A DNA stretch of 63,538 bases, the filler included, from Octopus bimaculoides (Eukaryota), in NCBI RefSeq assembly GCF_001194135.2. It is 6 parts of 6 records of this genome, joined end to end, with 100 filler letters (N's around TTAATTAATTAA, not from the genome) between each part and the next. Parts side by side here need not be neighbours in the genome. Positions count along the whole stretch, not along the records: positions 1 to 27,228 come from NC_068982.1; 5 more parts are not named here. One strand, given 5' to 3'. A program made the position numbers and the translations under genes. Positions 13,040 to 25,020 of the stretch are shown in pieces. A model generated the notes under the pieces. The model did not search any database. It worked only from the letters and a program-made list of their open reading frames with translations, and was not told the DNA's origin. Position 1 is the stretch's first letter. Every line of letters starts with the position of its first letter.

Positions 13040-13330
13040 ATAGATTCTCCTGTCGAAGATGACAGATCAGTGTAAAGCTTTTTGGCCAAATGACCTGCAC
13101 AAATGATTTGTGCAGGTCGTTTGGCTAAATGTTTGTGCCAGACATAAGCTCATACCATCCATCAAATCAATGTTACCTGAACAGGTGCTATGCGTCAGGT
13201 GTCAAAGTGATAACAGAGGAATGTGAGACAAAGTGTTTTGCTCAAGAACACAACACACCACCCAGTCTAGGAATTGAAACCATGATTTTGTGATTGTGTG
13301 TGCAATGCCTTAACCACTAGGCCATATGTT
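13040..13330 (-). mobile_element. tRNA-headed SINE
   Basis: Minus-strand head TGGCCTAGTGGTTAAGG...GGTTTCAATTCC and TTGTGTTCTTGAGCAAAACAC core. Confidence 0.65.
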
Positions 13331-13414
13331 CTGACCATACATACATATATACATATACAATTATGTATGTACCTATAAAATCATATACATACATATATAT
13401 GTACATATATGTCG

Positions 13415-13605
13415 CCATGATAGATCGCTGACCACTACACACATTTTTTCTCTGCTTGTTTCTTTTTGCGTTCCTTTCTGTGGAAGAGCGTAGGCTCGAA
13501 ACGTTAAAGACTTTCTCAATTCCCGAGCGTTATACTAATACATCTATTTGTTTTCTATGCCGCCTGTCTTCGTTTGTTGATTTTTTGTGAATTCTCCCTA
13601 TTTAT
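13415..13605 (+). mobile_element. Penelope-like element terminal repeat fragment with hammerhead-like core
   Basis: GAAGAG-CGTAGG-CTC-GAAACGTTAAAGAC; a homologous copy lies on the minus strand at 29966-30170. Confidence 0.5.
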
Positions 13606-14361
13606 GTGCATCTATAATGTACGTATATATATGTGCATGTATAATTAAGTGGTTGTTTGGGGCTTGTCTTACAACCAGTTGCTTACCACCTCTGGGAGTC
13701 ACTTCCAAATAAGGAAAATAAATAAATGAATAAATAAATAAATATATAAATAAAAAGATCAGCTTGGGGAAATTTTTAGAAAGTAAAGACAGTGCAGATG
13801 GGAGTGGATCTTGACTTGAGAAATGAAACGGAATAAACAAGAAAAATGCTTGGGTCCAAGTTCAACTTTCTCAGTGTTGAATGTTGAAATCCGTATTGGG
13901 ATTGGTTTAATCAAGTATTTTCCCCCTTAAAAATCTGGTGTGTTACAAATCTGTTGCATTGTGAAATCAATATTTTATGTCCCTAGCATGAAATGTTATA
14001 TAATTTATCTCCAGAAGGTTAAGGAGAAAAAAAAATGTTTCAAAAGAAACAACGATAAAAATAAGGAAGAAATAGGTATCATTCCTAATTCATTGTGAAA
14101 TAATTGGTATTAAAAAAGAAAAAAAAAAGAAAAGAGAAAAAAAATGAAACAAAAAATAACAAAATAACTCTTTCAGGGAGAAAAAATGAGAATCTGATTC
14201 AGCCATCCATAGAAACAAATAAATAGCTAAATATTCAGCAGAACCTTTTGGAATTGTTACCAATTGGAAATATGCTAAATAAAAATATGAACAAACAAGT
14301 AAAAAATAGCCCAACTGCTATATATATATATACACTGGTATATGTATATACACACACACGC

Positions 14362-14426
<65 letters not shown>

Positions 14427-14446
14427 AAGATTTATGTACATATAAG

Positions 14447-14482
<36 letters not shown>

Positions 14483-14537
14483 CGTATATATGTATGTGTG
14501 TGTATATATGTGTGTGTGTGTTTGTGCATGTGCATGC

Positions 14538-14581
<44 letters not shown>

Positions 14582-14632
14582 AAATATACATACATATATA
14601 TTGCTGTTGGCATATTTTATTTTTTTCTTGAC

Positions 14633-14663
<31 letters not shown>

Positions 14664-14958
14664 CACATGCACACATATGCATGTGTACTCACACACAACA
14701 CGCGCATGTGTGTGTGCATATATATCTGATTCCTCTCACATTTGCTAACTCCCATGACTTTAAGGATGACTCATTTTCTGCATTATTATATTCCTTCATC
14801 TTGCACAGCTATACACTGTTCCTCTTTTTAAATCAATTTTCTTCATCCATCACTCTTAAATATTATTTTAATACTTTCTCCTATACATTTCAATTTGCCA
14901 AGTACTTTGTAGCATATCTCTCTCTCTCTCTCTTCTCCTTTCCCACTCTTCCATCCCC

Positions 14959-15003
<45 letters not shown>

Positions 15004-15191
15004 CCTCTCTCTCTCTCTCAGCCAGGCACTCTCTCAATTAGTGCCACTCAAAGAGAGAATATATGGCACTGCATAGACATTGTAAATGGAGATTGCTGCT
15101 GAAGAAACACTTGGAGTAAATTGAAAAAAATACGAATAGGCACACTGATATGTGAATACATTATGTAGATGTCTATAAAATGTGAATAGAT

Positions 15192-15345
15192 AGGTGCAGG
15201 CGTGGCTGTGTGGTAAGAAGATTGCTTCCCAACCACATGCTTCCGGGTTCAATCCCACAGAATGGCACACCTTGGGCAAGTGTTTTCTACTATAGCCTTG
15301 GATCAACTAAAGCTTTATGAGTGAATTTGGTAGATGGAAATTGTG
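15192..15345 (+). mobile_element. SINE family B
   Basis: GGTGCAGGCGTGGCTGTGTGGTAAGAAG...CACCTTGGGCAAGTG...GATGGAAA. Confidence 0.8.
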
Positions 15346-15404
15346 TACACATGAATACACACGCACTTATTTATGTAATATTTTTAGACTAATGGGTCCT
15401 GTGA

Positions 15405-15730
15405 AGGTGCATGGCTCAGTGGTTAGAACGTCGAATTTATGATCATGAGGTTCAAATCCAGGACTGGGCTGCGTTTTGTGTTCTTGTGCAAGACACTTTA
15501 TTTCACATTGCTCCAGTTAACTCAGCTGTAGAAATGAGTTGCGACATCACAGGTGCCAAACTGTATCGGCCCTTTTGCCTTTCCCTTAGATAACACTGGT
15601 GGCATGGAGAGGAGAGGCCGGTATGCATGGGCGACTGCTGGTCTTCCATAAACAACCTTGCCCGGACTTGTTCCTGGGGGGGTAACTTTCTAGGTGCAAT
15701 CCCATGGTCAGTCATGACTGAAGGGGGTCT
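15405..15730 (+). mobile_element. tRNA-headed SINE (family F), near full length
   Basis: TGGCTCAGTGGTTAGA A box, GGTTCAAATCC B box, core TTGTGTTCTTGTGCAAGACAC, distinct tail shared with 1886-2095. Confidence 0.75.
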
Positions 15731-15859
15731 CAGCAATGGGTCCATGTCAATTAGTGTGTTGAGTAAAGCTCATTCACAGTTTGGGGCTATCTGGTGTCAT
15801 CCACAGTTGGAATACATTTCCTCTGGATCTACGTCAGGAATTCCACAGTCTTAGTTGAG

Positions 15860-16063
15860 ATAATAATAATTGATGAAGGAAATGGAAGATAGATTTAGCA
15901 CTAGTCTTTATTCAGTACAACAATCATTTCAGCCCATTCTGAAACTGTCTGTTATATGCATGAAATCCTACCCTCAATGGACAGTTAGCATGATGGGTTG
16001 AAATGATTATCATACAAAATAAAACCTAGTGCTTCCTTCATCAATTATTATTATTATTATTAT
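15860..16063. repeat. Imperfect inverted repeat (fold-back) bounded by (AAT)n/(ATT)n
   Basis: AATTGATGAAGGAA...AGCACTAG...AATCATTTCAGCCCAT on the left versus ATGGGTTGAAATGATT...CTAGTGCTTCCTTCATCAATT on the right. Confidence 0.75.
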
Positions 16064-16540
16064 GTTTTTTTTTTTCTGTCTTTAAATTTTCTTCCATTTC
16101 TCGCCGAGTGTTTTCCATACACCTAGGGCTCGTTGTATGCAATCCCAGTTTACTCACGCAAATTCACAGGTAAAATATGTATTTAAAAAAATCAATAAAT
16201 AAATAAATTCATGAATGGATGTTGTTTTCACAGCGATAATGCTCTTGTCAGTACATGAGTCGTTCCAGTTAACACGATTTTTTGCACTTCCTGTAGGGAT
16301 GGTAAGCCTGGTATCTTTTTCAAATAGGTTTCCGTACCTTTTTTTTTTATCATTCCTAGAGATCCTACAATCACTGGTACGGTAGTCACCTTGAAGTGCC
16401 ACATATTTTCAATTTCTATTAGCAAGTCTTTATATTTATTGATCTTGTCAAATTCTTTCGCTGTTATATTGTGATCGCAAGGAATACACATGTCAATTAA
16501 TAAACACATCTTTTTTGTCTGATCTTTTATAATAATATCC
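16064..16540 (-). mobile_element. R4/Dong-type retrotransposon 3' end (RLE domain + 3' UTR)
   Basis: CLLIDMCIPCDHNITAKEFDKINKYKDLLIEIENMWHFKVTTVPVIVGSLG...LQEVQKIVLTGTTHVLTRALSL*; (TAA)n arrays on both flanks. Confidence 0.88.
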
Positions 16541-16542
16541 AG

Positions 16543-16581
<39 letters not shown>

Positions 16582-18171
16582 TTACATATATAGGTGCAGG
16601 AGTGGTTTTGTGGGAAGAAGCTTGCTTCCCAACCACATGATTCCTGGGGTTGATTTGTTTGACTAAAGGCAGTGCTCCAGCATGGCTGAAGTCAAATAAC
16701 TGAAACAAGTAAAAGAATAAAAATGTATTTATGTGTGTGTGTGTCTTTGTGTCTGTGTTTGTACCCCACCATTACTTGACAGTTGGTGTTGGTACATTTG
16801 TGTCCCCATAACTTGGTAGTTCGGCAAAAGTGACTGATGGAATAACTATCAGCCTTAAAAATAAAAGTGCTTAGTCAATTTGTTTGATTGAAATTCTTCA
16901 AGGTGATGCCCCAGTATGGCTACAGTCCAATTACTCGAAAAATAAAAAGATAAAATATATAAATGTGTGTGTATGTGTGGGGGGTAGTGAAATCCTCCCC
17001 AGAGATCATTTACAGCTTGTCTGTTCTAGGACAAAACATTCATTAGGGAGTGGTAAAAATTAAGATATAATTATTATGACTCATTAACATGGTTTATTTA
17101 AAAATTTTTTGTTTCAAAATTCCTCTATGGCATTTTGTGAATAATTGTTTTATTGATTTACATTTACAGGGGTTTGTTTTTCACAGGTCAATAACTGGTT
17201 CATAGCATCTATGATCATAAAAATTACAAAAGATTGTTTGTGCAACTTGCATGAAATAAATGTCCCAAGTTCAATATTGCTTGAAACTAATAGTTTATCT
17301 GTTTTCTTACTGATGGATACATCTTTCGCTAATATACATTGACCAAAGTCGCTCATAAATATATTTGCATTGAAACCATGAAGATATCAGATCAGCCAGC
17401 TGAGGATGGGATTTTCCATGTTATGTAGTGTGTATTTTCATCTTTTCCTTTGTAGTCCTACTGCTAATTCTAGTAATTTTATTGTATTATTTTATGAAGG
17501 GAGTTTGTTAGAGTTTTGTCCATGTGAATGATGATGTTTTTTATTGTGTGAGGGTGATTAAGTTTGGGACTTTGTGAGCTTTGTGAGGTATATCTTCATA
17601 GCTCACATTTGTTTTAATTATGCAAATTATCTATGCTATTGTGCATGCCCTCTTTTTCTACAAGTTCAAGTCTTTTGACTTTTAGAGATAAGGTGGGACA
17701 GTTGTCATGCTAATGACAACTATTGAACCAGGAACACCTGTCCATGACTGTCCTCTTATCTCAAAACAATAAGCCTGTCCTCCATCTTACTGACATGTTA
17801 GCTTTAGAGAATCTTCAATTTTTGATATTATCTCCTCTTTCCATACAGAACTGGACTTAACTGACATTTGTTAATTGTGATAGTTTCTCTAGAAACAGAG
17901 ATAATTTTTAAAAATCAAAAATTTATGTTGTATGGTATTTGATATACCCGTATTTGTCTATGTTGTGAGCTTAATTGATTATATTGACCGCAATATTTGT
18001 CTGGTACTTTATTTCATTGATCCCAGGGAAATGAAAAGAAAAGTTGATATTGGTGGGATTTGAACTCAGATCCTAAACTGCCTCTACAAATTCTACAATG
18101 CATTATGTCCAGCACTCTACCAAGTCTGCCAATCTACTACCATATGCCGTTTTTAATAATGCTATAGAGTT

Positions 18172-18445
18172 AAGGTGGCGAGCTGGCAGAAACGTCAGCA
18201 TGCCTGGCGATATGCTTAGCGGTATTTTGTCTGTCGCTACGTTCTGAGTTCAAATTCCGCTGAGGTTGACTTTGCCTTTCATCCTTTCGGGGTTGATTAA
18301 ATAAGTACCAAATTAAGAACCAGTTACGCACTGGGATCGATCTAATCGACTTAATCCCGTTGTCTGTCCTTGTTTGTCCCCTCTGTGTGTAGCACCTTGT
18401 GGGCNNNNNNNNNNCACCTTGTGGGCAATAAAGAAATAAGAAGCT
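18172..18445 (+). mobile_element. SINE family D
   Basis: GGCGAGCTGGCAGAAACGT...GAGTTCAAATTCCGC...GACTTTGCCTTTCATCCTTTCGGGG; further copies at 31465, 42425, 45962 and 50294. Confidence 0.85.
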
Positions 18446-18472
18446 GGAAGAAGACCATTGTATATGTGTGTG

Positions 18473-18543
<71 letters not shown>

Positions 18544-18562
18544 TGAAAGGTACAGATAAGGA

Positions 18563-18747
18563 AATAATTTATTCTCAAATGCAGAATATTGCTTACAAAA
18601 TAGCAGGAACAAGATAAATTAGCCATATTTTGCAGAAAAATTTGCCAGCCATGGCTGGCTGATGGCAATTTCTTCTGCAAAATATGGACAGCTTATTCTG
18701 TTCCTGCTATTTTGTAAGCAGTATTCTGCGTTTGAGAATAAATTATT
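18563..18747. repeat. Near-perfect palindrome, ~185 bp (MITE-like fold-back)
   Basis: ~85-bp arms (AATAATTTATTCTCAAATGCAGAATATTGCTTACAAAATAGCAGGAAC / GTTCCTGCTATTTTGTAAGCAGTATTCTGCGTTTGAGAATAAATTATT) around GCCAGCCATGGCTGGC. Confidence 0.9.
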
Positions 18748-19539
18748 GCAGTCACAAAAATTGGCTAGAAATAGCAGCCAAATTAAAATATTGGCATACA
18801 TCATATAGGCAATTCTAAAGAGAGTATCAAACATTTAGGAGCCGAGTCAAATTACCATGAACTCTGCCTCCCAGAAACAAAACTCTGCCTCGCTTGCCAC
18901 CCACCCACCCATACCAATTATTTCCAAACAAGCTACCACATGCCGAAATTCCTTCTTATGAACTTTTAAAGAGAAACACCCGCTTCTTGCAGATGCATGG
19001 AATATAGTAATCTAGAAAATGGTGTACGATGAATAGGCATTTGACATCATCAAGCATGTGATAGGCTAATGATGCCCTGTGTCATTTTGAATTTTTAAAC
19101 TGTTATTTGTGATTCCTTTTTGGCAAATGTTCAGCAAGTACAATCACAAACCAGACAAAACTGACTATTTGTAACCTTTAGATGTCCTTCTTGTTACATA
19201 CCATCCTGGATTAGATTGTACATACCTATACTATAAGCTATAAGTATGTATCGGGCAATCGGATTTGTTTTTGTATGACAAAGCATAAGCAACCATCTCA
19301 CACACATGCAAAAAAAAAAAACAACACATTCATCTATGTAAATATGTTTTAAGTGACGAAAGTACTTGGGCAGAATGTTAGTTGATTAATTGTAAGTAAT
19401 TTTATTTGCATGATGCTTAAATCCATAAGGCCCCATCTGTAATATATATATATATATGTACATATACACGTATATGTTTATGTGTGTGTGCCAGCTCACT
19501 GCCTTAGTAATAATAATAATAATAATAATGATAATAATA

Positions 19540-19940
19540 AGCAACTATAAAGATCTTGAAATAGAAATTAGCAAAATGTGGAATCTGAAGACGAAAACAA
19601 TACCTATTGTCATAGGTGCCCTGGGAATGACAGCGAAACGAGCTGATTACTACCTAGCTCAGATACCAGGAAACCCCAAAATGGCTGAAGTTCAAAAGAT
19701 AGTGCTCATGGGAACTGCCCATATCCTACGTAAAATACTGTCTATGTGATCTCAAATTTTAAAGCAAACACATAATTTTCTTATGGTTTCTTAAACATTC
19801 ACTTGAACAAAACTGTACAAATCCAAATATATGGTACCCTAGGCATAACACCTACATGAACTTCTAACTTGTCTCTTGAGGTCTTTGGGTGAGACTTGGA
19901 TCCAACTTGTACAAATGCAAAACAAAAGTCAAACATAAAA
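19540..19940 (+). mobile_element. R4/Dong-type retrotransposon, 5'-truncated (RLE C-terminus + 3' UTR)
   Basis: YKDLEIEISKMWNLKTKTIPIVIGALGM...AEVQKIVLMGTAHILRKILSM*; the 3' UTR matches the inverted fragment at 31308-31440; (AAT)n on both sides. Confidence 0.88.
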
Positions 19941-19959
19941 TAATAATAATGATAATAAC

Positions 19960-20050
19960 ATCACAGCAAACCACAGCACATAACCAAGGCACACAGAGCT
20001 GCGCTCGGTAGTGAAGTGAAAGCACGTGATAAAAATAAAACTACTGAACA
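19960..20050 (+). mobile_element. Probable extreme 3' end of a second (AAT)n-tailed non-LTR element
   Basis: Short unique segment ending AAAAATAAAACTACTGAAC(AAT)n, sandwiched between AAT arrays. Confidence 0.4.
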
Positions 20051-20529
20051 ATAATAATAATAATAATACAGTGACTCTCATGGCTTCTGATCTTAAGTGA
20101 TTTGAAGTGTTATCATGTACATTGTTTTGTCTTGGTTTAAAAGATGGGCTACAGCAAATATTCTGCTCAATACCACAGATTTGCTTGTCAGTTGAGCATG
20201 TCCCTTGGTGGCTGATGATATGTCCATCTCTGATTATGAGCAGAAGTAGTGGGGGAGCATCATAGCCATGTGTTGAGAGGAATCTCTGGAGTTTGAATAA
20301 TTCACCACTGGAAAAATCAAACTGTACTCTTCAAAACTAGCACTAAGAATAAGTCAAGGTAAAATTATTAGGTAGTTTATCCCATCCTGCTTCAACTTTT
20401 AGTTCATTCAATTGAAAAAAAACCCATATTATTTATGGGATGACCCAATATTTATTTTGCAAGATTTCTCATGTGAAATTTTATGTTGAAACAGACATTG
20501 TTTTATTTCACAATGGTCTTTTTTTTCTC

Positions 20530-20910
20530 CCAATAAAGACACACTATGTATTCTTTCTTTACTTCAAGTTTATCATTGTTCTTATTTTAGTGTCCCTTGT
20601 CTTCAATCATTTGTCTCACATCCTGTGACCTCTTCAGTAACTCCCCATCCCATGTGTCTCTTCCTGTCCTGTTTAGTCCATTCAAATCTCCTGTGACCTC
20701 TCTAGTAACACTCCATCCCATATGTCACTCCTGTTCTGTTTAAACCATTGGAGAGAATGGACTAAACAGGACAGGAGGAGACACATGGGATGGGGAGTTA
20801 CTGAAGAGGTCACAGGACATGTGATGAAAGATTTCAAACAAGGAACACTAAAATAAGAACAATGATAATGCTGAACTGAAGAACAAGTATACAGTATGTG
20901 TATCTATTTT
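20530..20910. repeat. Fold-back element, ~380 bp, whose spacer is a diverged direct copy of the arm
   Basis: Arms 20570-20685 and 20755-20868 are near-perfect complements (TCCTGTGACCTCTTCAGTAACTCCCCATCCCATGTGTCTC...); the spacer repeats TCCTGTGACCTCT...CCATCCCAT...CTGTTTA. Confidence 0.88.
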
Positions 20911-21116
20911 GGAAAGAAATAAATAAATCACTAGCCTGAAATATAACAATATATAACGATGGTAGAATTTGTTAAAATCTAGGCGTATCAACAAGTAGGA
21001 TGCCAAAGGTGACTCAATACTTTGCATTGAGTGCAAAGTGAGGGAAAACAATCCTTAATTGTCATTTGTTGGTGATGTACTTTCAGTATATATATANNNN
21101 NNNNNNNNNNNNNNNN

Positions 21117-21160
<44 letters not shown>

Positions 21161-21330
21161 TTACACATACTATACTAACAAATAATAACAAAGGGTTGAT
21201 TTACATTACTGTGAGCTCAGTGCTTTATGTAAATACATTTGTTTGTGAAATGGCAGCTATAAACTTGAAGCTACTTTCAATTAAGGAACTAAAGATAGAA
21301 TTAGTCATTGGGAATTATGTGTTACTTAAC

Positions 21331-21373
<43 letters not shown>

Positions 21374-21466
21374 ACATGCACACACACATTTACATATATA
21401 TATGTATATATATATATATATGTGTATATGTATACATACACACACATTTACATATATATATATGTG

Positions 21467-21497
<31 letters not shown>

Positions 21498-21591
21498 ATA
21501 TGTTAAATATATATTTTTTTACCAAAAAATTTGGTAAAAAATATAGTATCTGTTAACAATCTTAGCATATATGTGTATATATGTGTATATA

Positions 21592-21638
<47 letters not shown>

Positions 21639-21856
21639 NNNNNNNNNNNNNNNNNNNNNNNNNNNNNNNNNNNNNNNNNNNNNNNNNNNNNNNNNNNNNN
21701 NNNNNNNNNNNNNNNNNNNNNNNNNNNNNNNNNNNNNNNNNNNNNNNNNNNNNNNNNNNNNNNNNNNNNNNNNNNNNNNNNNNNNNNNNNNNNNNNNNNN
21801 NNNNNNNNNNNNNNNNNNNNNNNNNNNNNNNNNNNNNNNNNNNNNNNNNNNNNNNN

Positions 21857-21912
<56 letters not shown>

Positions 21913-22650
21913 TACACACACACACACACATGTGTATATATACGCATACATTCCTAGATCAATTTTTCTATTTTCTGGATACTTGTTCTACTTTAGAGCT
22001 TAGAATGTGTGCTTTGCCAGACACTTTGGAAACATTAAAAATGCAAGGAGAAACATGTTATCAACAAGCTCTAAAATCAGACGTGGTACCGTAGCTGCTT
22101 CTCCTGTAAATCATTTCGGAGATTTAGCTGAAAGCAAGCCATAAAAATTTTTGTAGAAAGGAAGCTAGGTAAAAGGAATTCCAGAAGGCTTAACGGTAAC
22201 ATCTGCTGGTAACTGAAGAAGCAGCACAATGCATCATTTCGTCACAGAAATGTTCTCCCCATCCTTGCACCACTAGTAGCTCTGATGACGAACTGGTAAA
22301 CAAATAGCTTGATTAATTTCTGTTTTCCTACTTTAATGCCATTTTCTGTAAGCAATATATATATATACACACACATACATATAATATATATATTATATAT
22401 GTCTTTATGTGCATGTGTATGTCTTTGTATGTGATGTGTGCGTTTGTGTTTGGTGGAAGCGTAGAAGACGAATTATTACGTGGAATCTCAAGATTCATCA
22501 TTCTGAGGATGTTTTGAAGTAGAGGAGCCTGCTTAGTCTTATCTCACGGCCTTCATTTATTTTCCTAAAGCTTCCAAGGATTTCATTCCTGTTTTCTTTT
22601 TCTACAAGGAAATACCTCTGATTTTCTCTTTCCTCCCTCCCTCCCTCTCA

Positions 22651-22776
22651 CTCTTCTCTCTGTCCCCTCTTCTCTCTGTCCCCTCTTCTCTCTGTCCCCT
22701 CTTCTCTCTGTCCCCTCTTCTCTCTGTCCCCTCTTCTCTCTGTCCCCTCTTCTCTCTGTCCCCTCTTCTCTCTGTC

Positions 22777-22785
<9 letters not shown>
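22651..22785. repeat. 16-bp minisatellite (CTCTTCTCTCTGTCCC)n, about 8 copies
   Basis: Directly visible tandem array. Confidence 0.9.
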
Positions 22786-22807
<22 letters not shown>

Positions 22808-22975
22808 TTGACACTTTTCATTTTACTTTCAAATACGATTTAGGAATCTGCTGCCAGTTTCTTTCTTTCTTTCTTTCTGTGTGCGTGTGTGCGTGCGTGT
22901 GTCTAGCTATCTATCTATCTATCTTTCTCTCTCTCTCTCTCTCTACCTATCCCTCTATCTCTCTCTATCTCTCTT

Positions 22976-23016
<41 letters not shown>

Positions 23017-23461
23017 TGCCTTTATCTTTTCTTCCTTCCTTCCTTCCCTCTCACTCTCTCTCTCTCTCTCTCTCTCTCGTCCCGTTATCCTATGCTATTA
23101 CCAGTAAACTCCACAGAGTATTGGAGTTTCCCCAAATTATTCAAGATGTTAAGTGGTTAGAAAAACACTGTCCCTTCCCATGATGCATTGCTATCATTAT
23201 TGCAAAATTTCCTCCACCCAAACCTGTTGCAGGAAGAATTGGATTTGGTACTTAAAGCTAAAAACAACAGCAACAACAACAACAACACCAAAGAAAGACT
23301 GTTTGTTTCACAAGTCAGTGGGAGGAGCCTACTTACAGCTAAGTGGACTGGGAATCAATTGGGAGTTAAATGACTTTGGCATGGACGGACACACACACAC
23401 ACACACTGGCACACACACACACACACACGCACACACACACACACACACACATACACACACA

Positions 23462-23745
23462 CTGGCACTCCATTGGTTATGATGATGAGGGTTCCAGTAG
23501 ATTTGATTGATGGAACAGCCTGCTCATGAAATTAACATGCAAGTGGCTGAGTACTTCACAGACATGTGTACCCTAAATGTAGTTCCCAGGGAGATTCAGT
23601 GTGACACAGAATTACAGGTACAGCTCATTTTTACAAGCTGAGCTGACTGAAGCAACATGATGTAAAGTGTCTTGCTCAAGGACACAAACACACTGCTGGG
23701 TATTGAACTCATGACCTTACGATTGTGAGGTGAATAGCCTAACCC
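23462..23745 (-). mobile_element. SINE family G, heavily CpG-decayed
   Basis: Homologous to 53472-53770, with most CpGs converted to TpG/CpA. Confidence 0.75.
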
Positions 23746-23888
23746 AGCGTTTCTCAATGGGGTTACCCGGAACCTTAGGATTCTGCAAAAAGACCCTAGG
23801 GGTTCCATGAGAAAGAGTGAGATAAGCTAATGCTAATTTCATGATCGTAATATTACTATACAGGCACATTATGTGTGCATATACATAC

Positions 23889-23973
<85 letters not shown>

Positions 23974-24619
23974 GCACAGGAGTAGCTGTGTGGTAAGTAG
24001 TTTGCTTACCAACCATATGGTTCCAGGTTCAGCCCCACTGTGTGGCACTTTGGTGATGATGATGATGATGACGCTGATGATGATGATGCTGATGATGGTG
24101 ATGACAATGATGACGATGTTGATGCCGACAACAACAGCGACAATATATGTATATTTGAAAAATGGTTAGAATTTCCTGTACAAATTATTTTATATAAACA
24201 ACAAAAGGAAGAAAATGTGCCATAAATTCAAAACAGTCCTAATCATTTTGAATGAAATAAAAGACAAATAGCAGATGTTGGGTCTCATTAAGATATATTA
24301 AATATTTTAAAAATTACATTCCAACCGATTTCCACTCAAAGAGCTGTTCAAGGTAATATTTAGAAATTCAGTAATTACTCTATCTGCCTGTCTCCCTTAG
24401 TCAGTATAATGCTTAAAACCCCCAAATTCTCATATTTCCTGGAATAGTTCTAAGAGTGTTAACCAGTTGGAATGTAATTTAAAAATATTTAATTTGTCTA
24501 AAGGAAATATAACATCTGTTGTTTGTCATTTAATTTATCCGAAAGGATTATAACAATTGTTGGAAGTTTATTGTGTATTTTCATCCTTATTTTGTTTATA
24601 TATACATACATAGATACAT

Positions 24620-24674
<55 letters not shown>

Positions 24675-24783
24675 TGCCTGCATATATAAATATATGCATA
24701 AGTATAGAGAGAGACATTGATTCAAATAAACAGATAAAAACCTTGCGTTTGAGCATAATCTATATATATATATAAAATTAAGG

Positions 24784-24784
<1 letters not shown>

Positions 24785-24816
<32 letters not shown>

Positions 24817-25020
24817 TAAACCTGCAGAACTTCTGAAGTTCACGACTGATTTTCTCCAAATTGGGTACATACATTACTTATGTTCTAGAGATGGTTTTAG
24901 ACTCTTAAAACTTTTCACATGGTGGTGGGTAATGGAACCTTTGGGGGGCAGAAAACGTCCTTTCTTGGGGTACGTACCCCTGCCCGCATGGTCCACACAT
25001 TGCTTCTGTTCAAACTGAAA
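24785..25020. mobile_element. Possible non-autonomous Helitron/Helentron (DINE-like) relic
   Basis: (GT)n followed by ...CGACTGATTTTCTCCAAATTGGGTAC..., a layout typical of DINE-1/Lep1-like elements; judged by resemblance only. Confidence 0.3.

Noticed and set aside
17186-17215. CAG GTC AAT AAC TGG TTC ATA = QVNNWFI after a good plus-strand acceptor, resembling TALE homeodomain helix 3
   Set aside because: It continues ASMII instead of NARRR, no helix 1-2 exon was found, and it is opposite to the inferred gene orientation; probably chance.
23102-23257. Minus-strand segment with good acceptor and donor
   Set aside because: Stops in all three frames; at best a non-coding exon and unverifiable without RNA data.
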